Shown here: piece after piece, positions 1 through 12,835 of the stretch
How positions within the stretch are numbered: the first letter of the stretch is position 1
Layout of the letters: each line of letters opens with the position of its first letter
Origin: Octopus sinensis
Taxonomy: Eukaryota
Reading direction: 5' to 3'
DNA: 64,000 bases
Assembly: GCF_006345805.1 (NCBI RefSeq)
Contig: NC_043011.1
Location: forward strand, 13,962,464-14,026,463
The notes under the pieces: generated by a model
Databases searched by the model: none
What the model was told of the DNA's origin: nothing
The model's input: the letters and a program-made list of their open reading frames with translations, nothing else
Translations under genes and position numbers: made by a program

Positions 1-224
1 ATGATGATGATGAGTAGTCTTGAAGGGGGTCAGATCTCCAAATTAATCGATTTTAGTTGACTAGCTTCAATCAATTTTGATCAAGTATAGGGTGAGACAA
101 GTCTACAAGCTCAGCATACCAGGTTCAGACTACACTGACATATAGCTCTGTCAAAGTGCTAAAAGGCTGATCTGTCATGAATTGACTCCAGAAACCATAT
201 TATCCACTGTCTCTTTGTTACTAC

Positions 225-640
225 TTTTACCATTATCTTTCACTTGTTTCAGTCTTTAGACTGTGACCATGCTGGGGCACTGCCTTGAAGAACTTTTAGT
301 TGAATGAATCAACTTCCGTATTTATTTTTTCTTTTGAAGCCTGGTACTTATTCTATTGGTCTCTTTTTGCTGAACTGCTAAGCTACAAAGACGTCAATAC
401 ACCAACACCGGTTGTCAAGCCGCGTTGGTGTCATGGGGAGACAAACAGACACAAAGACACACACACATAGATATATAAGTATATAGGATGGGCTTCTTTC
501 AGTTTACCAAATACACAAGGCTTTGATCGGCCTGAAGCTGTAGTAGAAGACACTTGCTCAAGGTGCCATGCAGTGGGACTGAACCCCAAACCATGTGGTT
601 AAAAACCAAGCTTCTTACCACAGAACCACACCTATGCCTT
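225..640 (-). mobile_element. SINE family A copy
   Basis: Diverged reverse complement of the family consensus. Confidence 0.85.
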
Positions 641-729
641 TTGGAAATAATTACTTTACAGCTTAATGCTTTCTCAAGTAAACGATGTACGGCTGGTTTG
701 TATTTTCTATCCATACAGACTACAGTCTT

Positions 730-1018
730 CAATTAGAGGGCTCACACTTTCTATGGTTATTTAAAACCGTCCAAGGGTGGTCGTGCACATCTTTACATTT
801 CCCAAAGCCATTAGAAAATCAATAGAAGTGACTTCTTTGTGAATTTTCTATCCAAAACCCAATCAAAATGCCCGAAACTTGATACGCCAATTGAATGCCA
901 GCTAGCTCTATGTGATTGGTCAGAGATTTGGACAGTACTCGCGTGCATGTGTGCATGCACGCAGCTGTATATGCATGCACTACCACAATGACCCGGCGTT
1001 GCCAGGTCATAGTGCTAG
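730..1018 (+). mobile_element. Helitron-like element, 5'-truncated copy
   Basis: High similarity to 19020-19323; ends gtgctag|t. Confidence 0.75.
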
Positions 1019-1055
1019 TTATTCATTCTTTCTTGTAACTCAATTTATAACTTAC

Positions 1056-1118
1056 ATCCGAGGTAGAAATTTCTTCCTTCTCTGGGGATTCTTCATTTTC
1101 ACCTTTTTTGGAATTCAC
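1056..1118 (-). CDS. ZFYVE27: Protrudin-like exon, 63 nt: VNSKKGENEESPEKEEISTSD; gene continues past the left edge
   Basis: Acceptor ttttctgtttttcag| and donor GAT|gtaagt. Phase 0/0, open frame, acidic composition. Assignment rests on phase and position rather than homology. Confidence 0.78.
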
Positions 1119-2999
1119 CTGAAAAACAGAAAACAATTGCTAAATAGAGACTACAAACTGTAAATCAATAAAATACTTCAAATTTTGGCACAAGGCCAGC
1201 AATTTCACAGTTGGGGAGAGTTAATTACATCAGCCCCAGTGTTCAGCTGGTACTTATTTTATTGCCCCCGAAAGGACGAAAGGCAAAGTTAACCTCAGGA
1301 GAATTTGAACTCAGAATGTAAAGACAGATGAAATGCCGCTAAGCATTTTGCTCTGTGTGCTAACGATTCTACAGACTCGCCACCTTCCTTAAATCAATAA
1401 AATATTGAAAACCACCATCAGAACTAGAAATACAAGTCAATTTTATTTTCAACATGGAAGAGTTGGTGCAACACAAAAGTGGGTATTTTACAAATTCAGT
1501 AATTTTTACAGCAGGCCTTAGATATCTTTAATTACTGTAACAGGAAGTGAAAATTATCAGTTAAGGCAGATTAAGGTGTGTGACTTTATGTCTTACTCAA
1601 AGGCACAACACAAAGGCTGTATTAAAGGTTTAGTTTGGACACACATAAATACACAAGTACATATATGTAAAGGAAGAACTGGCTTGATCTGTGCACACAC
1701 GTAAATTTACACACATATAATACCTTGAGCATAATCCTATGAACCCAGAAAATTTAAAACAGAGGGTTACCCACTTGCAAACAAATGTGGTAATATGTAA
1801 CATTATTGACCGAGGTTACCGTGGTCTTTTCCATAGGCTTTTCTTTCCCCAGATAAACCTTATCTGCTTCCCCCTTTACATCTTTCCCTTTTACGATCTT
1901 TCTTTTTCTTTTTCTTTCCCTTTTGATCGAAAACCTACCCCACTTTTTTTTTCTTCTCTCCCCAAAAAAGAAAAGCTCTACTTTGTAATCTGTCCCGTCT
2001 GTGTGCAGCCCTGTGTGGCTAATAAAGAAACATATAAAGGACGAAGGGGGATATTAAAGAAACCTGAATTCAAGTTTCATTTCATTTTATATTAATATAA
2101 TTAGTTTTTGTTTCTATGTTTGGCATATCAATTGTCCTTGGTTATACACACAGCCTTAATAATCCATTAGCATAATTATACAGCTATTTTTGTATAGTTA
2201 TTTTATTGTTTTTAGATTATCTTATATATCAAGATTTATTATCTCATTCTTTGTTACATTGTTGTTTAAGCAAGGACACATTCAACCTGATATATTTCTC
2301 ACATACACCACATGTGTATATTTAGAATTAGATTCCCTTCAGCTACACAAAAACTTGAAACATGTTTGTGTTCTCAGCAATTTCTCTCACATTAATTTGT
2401 CATATTTACATATCAAAGCGTTATGCCAGAGTTACGCTTAACATTTTTATAATTTTATTGTTCTCAAAATTAAGCAGCATTGTCTTTATTATTTATAACA
2501 TTATGTCAATTTGTTTTTGAATGACCTGTAGTCCGAAATGCTAATTTCAATTCAGACAGTATATCACTTATAAAAAGGGAAAATATAAACCAAGGCTATA
2601 ACTGACTATAACATGTGCACACATACACATGAATTCACACATACATCACACACACAATACACATACATACATGGGTGTATATACACACACGTACACACAC
2701 ATATGCACATACATACACATACTTCAAACTGGCAGTCAAACACCCTTCTACTAACCATTCCTCTACACACATGTGGAGAGACACACAACTACACAAAAGA
2801 CCACCACTCCTGTTACCGTACTGCTGAATCCTTCCTGCATTAAGAAACACAAAGGTCACTCACAGATACACACATAAGCAGCCAAAACCAGACACATACA
2901 CGTGCTATTACAAACACATACACATACCCTCTTCTCTTACACTCTCCTGTCTTAGAAAGAACTTTTTCTTCACCCATTCCCTTCCAGTCATTTCAAAAT

Positions 3000-3165
3000 G
3001 TAACCACATGTGAATTGTTGGCGATTTTCTTCTGCCGTCTTCCTTTCTATTAGACTTTCCTCTGTTTCTGAAGAAGAGCGTTGCTCAAAACGTTAAACCA
3101 TCTTTCTTTACTTCCCTGAGCGTCTGCTAATACTTGACATGTACCACATCCTCACGTTTTTTTTT
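3000..3165 (+). mobile_element. Penelope-like terminal fragment; related copy at about 55190-55320
   Basis: ctgaagaagagc...ctc(a/g)aaacgttaa signature, recalled as typical of Penelope ends. Confidence 0.5.
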
Positions 3166-3378
3166 GTTTGTTCTTATTTTTTTTATTTACTATATATATA
3201 TATATATATATAAAACTCATGCTAGCATGGAGAACGGACATTAAACGATGATGATGATGATATATATTAGAAGGTTTGGAGATGATGTACATGTATTTTA
3301 TATTAGAAGAAATTAGGTACTCAGAAATTCGGATGGTTTTATATTTACATATTTATTTGTATGTTACATGTTTTTATA

Positions 3379-3418
<40 letters not shown>

Positions 3419-3786
3419 AACAGCTTTCAAAGTTTCTTCAGTTTTAATAAAATAGTATACATCATCATCATCACCATTTAATGTTTGCTTTTCATACTAG
3501 AATGGATTGGATGGTCTGACAAGAACCAGTGAGTAAGAGAACAACACCAAATTCCAATACCTGCTTTGGCATGGTTTCTACAGGTAGATACCCCTCTTAA
3601 TGCCAACCCAGAGTGTTCTGGGTGCTTTTTGCATGGCACCAGCACTAGTGAGGTCACCAAGTAAGCTGCAACACAAAACCCCACCAAGTGAGGAGGGGCA
3701 CTGAGCAAAGTGGCTTTATGCCAGATGATGAGAGGTTAAAGTATGATAGAGAGACAGGAATGGGTATCTTGTCATAGGGTGATATA

Positions 3787-4900
3787 CAAGGGGTACCCTA
3801 ACGTTAACCGGAAACATTCTCTGTGGGGAAAAGCCCGTTGTAGTTCAGTCTTTCGCTGCTAGGAGCCACTTGATGCAACCCTCAGGCATCAGTCTGCTGA
3901 CTGGTGTCATTAGGTGATGTCGTACTGCCATGCAGTGTGCCTTTGTTTTGCAGCGCTTCTCCTCTGTTCACTGAATTTTGCAATGGCTGAAACGAAGGGA
4001 CAGCATACTTCCATGAAATTCTGTTGGGGAAAACAGCGGCCAAAACAGTTGTCATACCTCAAACAGCTTATAAGGATGCTGCCATGAGCAAAACACAAGT
4101 TTATGAGTGGTTTTCACACTTTAGGAATGGTCACTTGTTCCTTGAAGACCAACCTCATTCAGGACAACTGTTGATCTCCCAAATTCAATTCAATTCAATT
4201 TTTATTGGCTCAAAAAGCAAAAGCAAGGCCATGTAGGGGGACAGGGAGGGTGGTCATACAAAGAGTTCAGGCCATTTCTGGTCAAGAGAGACTTTGAACC
4301 AAGCTGTCATCGGCATCTTCACTATCTCGTCCGGCAGCTTACTCCACGGATCCGCAACCCAGACAGAGAAAGCCCCTCTCCTTCGATTGAGATGAAATCA
4401 TCGTAGATAGAGCTTTTCGGAGTGACCGAAATGAAAAGATCATGAAAATTCATGAACTGATCTTGGAGGACCATCACCAAACAATTGACAAACTTGTTGA
4501 TAAAACTGGTGTGCCCTGGAGCTTCTGCCAATGAACTTTGAGTGAGGAGTTGCAAATGAAAAGAGTTGCAGCAAAATTCGTGTGTCACTTGTTCATGGAA
4601 GATCAAAAGCAGTTACAACTGAATGCATGTCCTGAACTGAAAGAACAGTTGGAAGTTGATCCGAACCTTTTTCCAAAAGTCATCACTAGTGATGAAAGCT
4701 ACTGCTACGGAATATGCAGATGTGGAAAAGGTAAAGGAAAAAAAAGGACAGAAGTGTTAAAAGGCATCACTTCGCAAGAGTTCTAGCACTGCTTCAGATG
4801 GTGGGAAACGCACCTGTACCGATGCATTGCTTCAGATGAAGAATATTTTAAACAGAGTGAATAAAATAATATTGCAAAATTCCAGTTTCTTTATATGGTT
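3787..4900 (+). mobile_element. Decayed, internally deleted mariner transposon
   Basis: TA followed by a caagggg TIR-like start. Remnants MSKTQVYEWFSHFRNG, KRVAAKFV and KVITSDES (ITGDE motif). Confidence 0.85.
4182..4428 (-). mobile_element. CR1-type LINE 3' fragment nested in the mariner
   Basis: Reverse complement matches the 3' end of the CR1 copy at 15495-16035; short repeated tail. Confidence 0.8.
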
Positions 4901-6773
4901 ATGCCAGGTGGAAAAGAAAGATGGTAAAGACGTATCAAGACACACTTTCAAGTTAAAGGAATGTGAATAAGAGAACCCTAACCCAAAGAGGAAGGTGCAT
5001 GGCTCAGTGGTTGAACAATTAAATTAATATTTATTCTTAGTAGGACAGTGAGCTGACAGAATCTTTAGGACGCTGGGAAAAATACTTAGCAGCATTTTGT
5101 CCATCTTTGCGTTCGGCATTAAAATTCCATTGAAGCTAACTTTGTCTTTCATCCTTTTGGGGTCAATAAAATGACAACTAGTTGAGCACTGGGGTTGATG
5201 TAGTCAACTTAACCCCTCCTCGAAATTGCTGGCCTTGTGCCAAAATTTGAAGCCAATATATATTTAGTGTTTTATTTTCAACCATGTGGGTTCAGATTCA
5301 GTCCCACTGCGTAACACCTTGGGTAAGTTTTCTACTATAGTTCTGAGCTGACTGAAGCCTTGTGCATGGATTTAGTAGGTGGAAACTAAAAGCTTGTGTA
5401 TAAATATATATGGATATCTGTGAATGACTGTTTCCATCTCCTTGTCCTTGACATCACATGATATTTTATATACAAATGTCACAATCACACAATTAGTGTC
5501 CCTTGTTTCCAGTCTTCTGTGAAATCATGTCCAGCCTTGGGAAATATTATCTTGCTTGGAAACAGGAGATGGCTGTTATATCCAGCCATATAAAATGTGC
5601 CCCAATGAATTTTCTATATGACTCATGCAAGAATGGAAAAGTGGATGTAAAACAATGATGATGATGCAATTTATCATACAGTGAGTAAAGAAACTATTTT
5701 CAGTGTTAGCTGGCCCAATTGTTACCACACTGGGCAAAATGCATAGTGCGATTTCATCCTCTATACATTTTGAGTTCAAATCCTGCAAAAGTCAACTTTG
5801 CCTTTCATCCTTTTTGGGTCAATAAAATAGTACCAGTTGAACACTGGGGTTGATGTAATCTACTTAATCCCTCCCCTGAAATTGCTAGCCTTGTGCCCAA
5901 AATTGAAACTAATATTCTCTCTCCTTGATGGCAATGTTTTAGCAACAGTGTTTCCTTGTTAACTTGGGTTGGATCAGTTTTCAGAATAGTAGATCACTGC
6001 CCCATTTTAATTTTGTGCCATTTTATCAACGGGGTTCAATAATGACAGATATTCTCCCGATTCACAAAGGTTTTTCTCTGGCATAGAAACCTTTCACACT
6101 CGGTACATACCACTTGTCAATTCAAATTCTGGCTTTTACACTAGAATCTCCATCATCGTTTTACAAGTACAACAGAATGGTAAGAGACAATATAGTCTTG
6201 GGAACAAGTAGAATCAACATGGTTATTAAAAAATCATGGAGGCTGATTTATTCTTAACACATGAACTGTGGGTAAATTAGGAAGTAATTTATCTGTATCA
6301 TCATCATCATTTAACATCCGTTTTTCCATGCTGGCATGGATTGGACGGTTTGACTGAGAATTAGTAAGGTGGGGAGCTGCATCAAGTTCCAAGTATGGTT
6401 TCTACGGCTGGATGCCTTCCTAATGCCAACCACTCCTAGAGTGTAATGGGTGCTTTTTATGTGCCAGTTACGTGACACGGGCATTGGCCACAACTATGAT
6501 CTCACTTGGCTTGATAGGTCTTCTTAAGCATGGTATTTCGCGAAAGGTCTTGGTCACTTGTCACTGCCTCTGTGAGGCCCAACATTCGAATGGTGCTTTT
6601 TATGTGCCACTGGCATGGGTGCCAGTCACACAGCACTGGCACTGGCCCCGACTATCATTTCACATGGCTTGACAGGTCTTCTCAAGCACAAAATATCGTC
6701 CAACATCCAAGGGGTACTTTTTACATGCCAATTACATGGTATGGTGTCTGCAATTAGTGATTAAGTTTCTCAC

Positions 6774-6895
6774 CTGTTCAGTTTGACCATTAGAATCCAT
6801 TTCTGGTACTTTTGGATCACTTGAGGGATTTTCAACTTCTAATTCATTTTCATCTTTCCATTTTGCCATAAAAAATTGAGATTTTTTAGAAATAT
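6774..6895 (-). CDS. ZFYVE27: Protrudin-like exon, 122 nt: (Y)ISKKSQFFMAKWKDENELEVENPSSDPKVPEMDSNGQTEQ
   Basis: Acceptor gtggtttcag| and donor CAG|gtgaga. Phase 1 in matches the previous exon; acidic cytosolic linker. Confidence 0.85.
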
Positions 6896-7542
6896 CTGAA
6901 ACCACAAATACCAATAAGATAGTATAAACTTTATAGGAATTATTTGAAATATGATGAAATAGCTTTTATAGCATAGACTAATTAGTTTGGTCTAATTAGC
7001 TAGCAAATTAGACTAAACTTTACCTACAGGAAGAGACATGATCAGATTAAAACTAATATATCTAGAGTGGAGAGTAACATTGAAGAGCCAGTACTTAGTC
7101 TCATAGAATGGTAAAGATGAAAATAAACCTTTTCCTAGATAGGATATCAATCTAACATAGCTAACAGTTCCTGCTGCCTATTTCCAACACTGAGGCAATG
7201 TGGATTAAAATGTTTTGTTCAGACACACACTAAACGTAGTCCAATAGCTGATCCATATGGCCCTCTCATCTCTGAGGTTGCAGATGACTCTATAATTGAT
7301 AATCATGTATAGAGTTGTACAGAGACTCATTAATTAACATAGACGCATGCAGTTTGGTTTGGAATGCTGATGATATAGAGATATTCTTCAGAACAGCTGA
7401 AGAAATACATAATTCAGTAGGGATATTAGAGATAGAAAAAAAAACTATGACCGCAAGGTAAATATTGATTCATTACTTTAAGAATGAGATGGATATTGGT
7501 GCTTACAAAGGTAAATGCAAAAATAAAGAGAATCTAACTTAC

Positions 7543-7655
7543 ATTTTAACATTTCTTCATGACCTAAGAAAAACCAATTGAAGAAAAGGATAAAATTCCA
7601 GCGAGCTGGAAACATGGTGAGGAAGATCAAAAAGGAACAGATTTCTATGTGGAAT
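7543..7655 (-). CDS. ZFYVE27: Protrudin-like exon, 113 nt: FHIEICSFLIFLTMFPARWNFILFFNWFFLGHEEMLK(Y), hairpin-type membrane segment
   Basis: Acceptor ttttctcttacag| and donor T|gtaagt. The P..W......N..FLG pattern matches human LPLCWVLTLLNSTLFLGN. Confidence 0.9.
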
Positions 7656-8480
7656 CTGTAAGAGAAAAGCAAGGAAAACATAATCAACGATATTAATGAT
7701 AGCATGGGTTCAGAACAGAAATAAAAAACATACAAGAAATTATCTCTGAATATTAACTGGAAAACAGACATTGAAAAGCAATTCTTTTTCCTGACTCTCA
7801 TACGTAGGTCCTTAAATTTTAGACATTATATTTCAACATTGGATTGTGGAAGATATTTTTCATGTATAGGATCACTTCATGAGTAACCAGCTGAGCCAAA
7901 AATTAGAGAGGGTAGCTATTATTCACAAATATAAACTGGGAAGTAATTGGAGTTCTGTGGTTAAGTGGGATTTGAACTTATGACATAATGGAAAACAAAA
8001 TTGTGGGTTAATGCAAGATAAACTTAACGAGATAATTTTATCAACACTTTTAATTTACTTTGTTAAAATCTGTGTACAAGACAGATTTTCCCCAAACCAG
8101 ACGTTACTGACTTGAAAGGAAGGACATATTCATTAATGTAAGTCTAAAGTACAAATGCCTGAAAAAGGAATGGGATGGTCATGGCAGGAACAGCTTTGAT
8201 AAAAATCTGGTTAATCAGTGTAAATTTAAACAGCAGCTAATTAGTGTAGAAAATGTCACCTAGGATCAGCCATGCAGGAGTTACTGGTTCAGAGAGCTGT
8301 CAGTTGTGATAAATATATAGTGCAAGAGTGGTTGTTGTTTTAGAGAGGTGTTTGTGAGAATGAATATATAGCACCACAGCAGTTTAAGTAGCAGGATTGA
8401 AGAGATATTGCTATACAGTGGTCACTGGTTTAGAGAGTTGGGTGGGAGAATGAGAAAATATATTGCCATATAGTGGTTGC

Positions 8481-8790
8481 TGTGGAGGCACATGGCCTAG
8501 TGGTTAGAGCAGCGGACTCGCAGTCGAGGGATCGCAGGTTCGAATCTCAGACCGGGTGATGTGTGTGTTTATGAGCGCAAACACCTAAGCTCCACGCGGC
8601 TCCGACAGAAGATAATAGCGAACTTCTGCTGATTCTTTCGCCACAACTTTCTCTCACTCTTTCCTCCTGCATCTTGCAGCTCACCTGCGATGGACTGCTG
8701 TCCCGTCCAGGTGGAGAACCTATACGCCAAGAAACCAGGAAACCAGCCCTTGTGAGCTAGGCATGGCTCGAAAAGGAACAAACAAACAAT
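8481..8790 (+). mobile_element. SINE family C (tRNA-like head, V-domain-like 3' part, (AAAC)n tail); other copies at 40895-41188 and 54750-55045
   Basis: tggcctagtggttagagc A-box, ggttcgaatct B-box, cctgcgatggactg..gtcccgtccagg motif. Confidence 0.88.
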
Positions 8791-9254
8791 AAAATATAGT
8801 GGTTGCTGGTTTAGAGACCTAGGTGTGGGAATCAGAATATATGGCAAGTGCTTTGCTGTTCAACTTAATTTTATATGTTCAAAGGTTGTTGTGGCAGCCT
8901 GGGTAGTGACAGTCAATGTAAATCAAGTCTAGGAAAAATATTTCAAATGTTTGGGAGTAATTAAAGATGGTAGTCACCCCCAACTCACCAAGAACATTGG
9001 GTATATTTGTATTTGTTTGGATCAGAGGAATAAGATCAGGTTACCGATGTGCTTAAGTGTTTGTGGATGGCTAGTTTTATAGGTTGGAGCAGACTGCAAT
9101 AAACCATGTTCCATACACATCTGTGTGTGCATGCATATTAATGTGGAAAGTGCTATTCGCCCTTTATAAATGAGATATAGACAGTAGGAAGGGTAGTAAA
9201 ATTATTAACCATCTTACCAATTAACCAATTATTAACCATCTTACAAACAATAAC

Positions 9255-9615
9255 TTTGAGCACCTTTTCAAACTCCACCTGTCTAACACCCGTGGACATG
9301 TTTACAAAGTCAGAAAACAGCACAGCTCCCATGACTTTCGGAAACATTTTTTCACACTAAGAGTTGCTGAAGCATGGAACAGACTGCCGGCATCAGTTGT
9401 TAGTTGTCGGAGCACTGTATCTTTCAAAACTTCCATGCTTCCTGAGATTTGCCAACATTACACCTGATTTTCTCCCCTCCATACACACGCAAGCATGTAT
9501 CTGACTCATACACTGTTCGCTTTCCAGACATTTGTACATTACTGCATATACTTTATATGCACTTTTTGACAAGTTGTGGTGCACCTGAGCACTGTATACA
9601 ATAATTTCATTATTA
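9255..9615 (+). mobile_element. CR1/L2-type LINE 3' fragment (different 3' UTR)
   Basis: Encodes TRGH...FFTLRVAEAWNRLP, the CR1/L2 ORF2 C-terminal motif, followed by a UTR and (TAT)-type tail. Confidence 0.75.
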
Positions 9616-10299
9616 TAGTATAGTTTATAATGGAGTGTGGTATGAGTCTAAGAGAGTAAAACATGTTAACGATGCGTAGGTTAAAGTGAATGGATAATAA
9701 GAGATGTACAAAATTAAAATCAGTTTTCTGTGCTTTATATAATAAAAACCTGATATTCTGTAAAAGAGTCAGCCAATCAATGTTTTCACATGTTTGAGAG
9801 TCAGGATGAAATCTGTTGGTGGATATTTTATATTAAAGCTGTGTTGTGTTTGTTAAAAGAGTTTAATAATAATACGGTCATGTAGAAGTTAAAATCAATG
9901 TATGATATGTGTGAGAAAGAGAGACTTGGTGTTCTAAGTAAGCTAGCAAAGAGACTTTAACATAGTTCCTAAACCTCCCAATTTGGCAGCTATGTTAGCA
10001 CGCCGGGTGAAATGCGTAGCCGTATTTCATCTGCCGTTACGTTCTGAGCTCAAATTCCGCCGAGGTCGACTTTGCCTTTCATCCTTTCAGGGTCGATAAA
10101 TTAAGTACCAGTTATGCACTGGGGTCGATATAATTGACTTAATACTTTGTCCTTGTTTGTCCCCTCTATGTTTAGCCCCTTATATGTTGTTTTCAGTGAT
10201 GTTTCTACAACCTGAAAAAAAAAACAGGACAGAAAGAGTGATCCCAAATTCTTGGTTTTAGTTGCCAAGTGTGATCAGTAGAACTATAACGTAAAATTG

Positions 10300-10875
10300 A
10301 TAGTATATATAATGTTACAGTACAGCGTGTATAGTGCTATATAGTACAGAGGGTGTAGTGTTATATAGAACAGAGTGTATAATGTTATATAGAACGGCGT
10401 GTATAATGCTATATAGTACAGAATGTGTAATGTTATATAGAACAGAGTGTATAAAGTTATATAGAACAGCGTGTATAATGCTATATAGTACAGAATGTGT
10501 AATGTTATATAGAACAGAGTGTATAATGTTATATAGAACAGAGTGTATAATGTTATATAGAACAGAGTGTATAATGTTATATAGAACAGAGTGTATAATG
10601 TTATATAGAACAGAGTGTATAATGTTATATAGAACAGAGTACATAATGTTATATAGAACAGAGTACATAATGTTATATAGAACAGAGTACATAATGTTAT
10701 ATAGAACAGAGTGTATAATGTTATATAGAACAGAGTGTATAATGTTATATAGAACAGAGTGTATAATGTTATATAGAACAGAATGTACAATGTTGTATAG
10801 AACAGAGTATGTAATGTTATTTAGAACAGCGTATATAATGTTATATAGAACAGTGTGTATAATATTACAATAGAG
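10300..10875. repeat. 24-bp minisatellite (gtgtataatgttatatagaacaga), roughly 23 units
   Basis: Direct inspection; explains the periodic 8-residue ORFs on both strands. Confidence 0.95.
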
Positions 10876-11049
10876 CTAAAATTCCAGCATATTGTGTATA
10901 ATGTTGCAGTATAGTGTGTATAATCTGAATTAAGTGTATTATACCACTGCATGGTGTATTATATAGTATGTACACATTGTTACAATAGTACATATATAAT
11001 GAAAAAATGTGTATACTGTTTGTGGCGTTATGAGCCAAGCTGTGTTGTA

Positions 11050-11720
11050 GGGAAGGATCGGAAGTGGGGGAGGAGGCATGTCCTGTCGGAAGTGGGGCAT
11101 GTGGGGACAGTAAAGTGTGAGGGGTCAGTCGGTGGTCAACAGTGCATCAGAGCAGACATGTTAGATTGTACGGTGAGGGATAGTGCATGTGGACGTTGAG
11201 TGAACCTTGCAGATCGAGACAGAGTGCATGTGGACATTGAAAGTGACCCTTTTTCCAAACCGACAGGTAAGACAACTGCAATTCTCTCTTCGCTTCCATC
11301 TTTTTCTTCTGTAGTGATGCTACTGTGGAAGTTTCAGCGCGTATGCGAGGATTGGATTTCTTCCGGTAGGCTGCCGGAAGTTCCCACATGCGCATGCGCA
11401 GGAACTGCAACCTGAAAGCGTCCCCGTTAAAATCGACCTTTTTTGGAAGAGTAGCCCTAACAAGCGGACGTGGCTAAGACTTCTCTCAGGGAAAACCCTA
11501 CGCACAGAGAAGCTCTCTCTTCGAAGCAGGAATGAACACCGTATCTTCTTGGCTCACCCGAGTGAACATTTGTAAACAGTCTTGTGGACTTGGCTGCCGG
11601 TTCGCCCATAAGAAATATATATGTATATATTTTACCTGTGAACCGGAAGAACAAACTACTATTTATTGTTATTGAAGATGGCTGGATTTTGGTTCCTTTT
11701 CTTCGACTAATGAATGTGAC
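11050..11720. promoter_or_regulatory. CpG-rich promoter-like island inside a protrudin intron
   Basis: TGCGCATGCGCA (NRF1 consensus) at 11389-11400. Inverted ETS pair cttccgg/ccggaagt at about 11360-11381, further cggaag motifs near 11059, 11086 and 11644, and aagatggc (YY1-like) near 11675. CpG is visibly denser than in the flanks. Confidence 0.55.
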
Positions 11721-12137
11721 AAGATAAGACCACCCCTCCAGTGTTCCTGAACTCTCATCTTGTTACACTTCCTTTACATCACACTGTTACAATATGGCAT
11801 GACATATGTTTTAATAAGCTAATGAAGTTTTTACATAGTCACATGACCAGCTATAAATAGCAGCCAAATTTTTCTCAAATCACACATGACACTATCAAGA
11901 AGAAAGAAAGAACTTGGATAATGTGATCCAAGACAAAATATGTTTGAAAAAGGAAGACAGGTTGGTCATAGCTAGAATGGCTTTAATCAATCAAAGCTCC
12001 ACATTACTCAAAGTTTCATGGGTGTGTAGAGCATGTCCGTGTCATCTGATGTCCATATATTGTGTAGATTGTAATATAGCATGATGTGTATAACGTAACT
12101 GTTAATGTTGTTAAACGACTATTAATGGAAGACTTAC

Positions 12138-12233
12138 CTGAGCGAGGGACCAATTTCTTCCCATTTTAGAATTGTGTAAAAACTGTCGAGGTACTCATTG
12201 CAGCGGATCAGGAAATCATTGACCTGTATCAAG
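12138..12233 (-). CDS. ZFYVE27: Protrudin-like exon, 96 nt: LIQVNDFLIRCNEYLDSFYTILKWEEIGPSL(R)
   Basis: Acceptor ctttatttttag| and donor AG|gtaagt. Aligns to human LIQLEAFLSRLCCTCEAAYRVLHWENPVVSS. Confidence 0.9.
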
Positions 12234-12421
12234 CTAAAAATAAAGTTGTTAGAAAAAATACATTCTGTAGTTTCCAATGGAGATTTGAAGAAATGTTTAC
12301 TTAATGTATTAACAGTGTGTGTGTGTGCGTGTGTGTATAAAAATTAACCTAACAGAAAACATTGCTCATAGAAGTGTTTCCATCATCATCGTCTAACATC
12401 TGTTTTCTATGTTGGCATGGG

Positions 12422-12835
12422 GGATCTTTTTGGTTTGAACGACAGTTTTTTTCTAGCGGTGTCATATAAAATTGTCACCCATAATTATGACCCTAGTATC
12501 GATCTATTGCATTTCAATCTGTTTTAGGGTTAGGGGTGGGGGGAGGGTATCTTTTTTTCTTCACAAATGTAAATAAACCCAATCTGTTTCTTAAACGAGG
12601 GACATATTCATACGGCACAGAATGTTTTTTTACATCAATAGACGTCAGTGATTGGTTGAAATTGCAGAAATTGAAGAAAAAACAACAACAAATATCTTAC
12701 AAACTATAGAATTTTCTCAATAAAGCCAAGAGAAAAAGATGTTTTATAAACACATTCTACCAGTATATGAAGTTTAAAAGTGTTTAGTTATGTGGAAATT
12801 ATTTTAAAAAACTGCCGTTCAAACCGAAAAGATCT
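12422..12835 (+). mobile_element. MITE family M (GGATCTTTTCG TIR, 8-bp TSD), copy 1, inserted in an RTE tail
   Basis: About 30-bp TIRs; TSD ggcatggg/gacatggg. Confidence 0.9.

Noticed and set aside
6774-6869. ATG of MAKWKDENE as the start of a separate gene
   Set aside because: The upstream exon ends in phase 1 and reads through in frame, so this Met is internal. It could only start a short isoform if the intronic promoter is real.
8481-8560. tRNA gene call for SINE heads (also families A and B)
   Set aside because: The heads continue into SINE bodies, vary between copies, and I could not draw a full cloverleaf.
10284-10873. Long ORFs on both strands (168, 125 and 179 aa) with 8-residue periodicity
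   Set aside because: By-product of a 24-bp minisatellite that lacks stops in some frames.
11636-11706. Minus-strand segment with acceptor and donor as a coding protrudin exon (SRRKGTKIQPSSITINSSLFFRFT)
   Set aside because: No similarity to protrudin. The exon at 7655 already continues the alignment directly, and including this segment would shift the phase.
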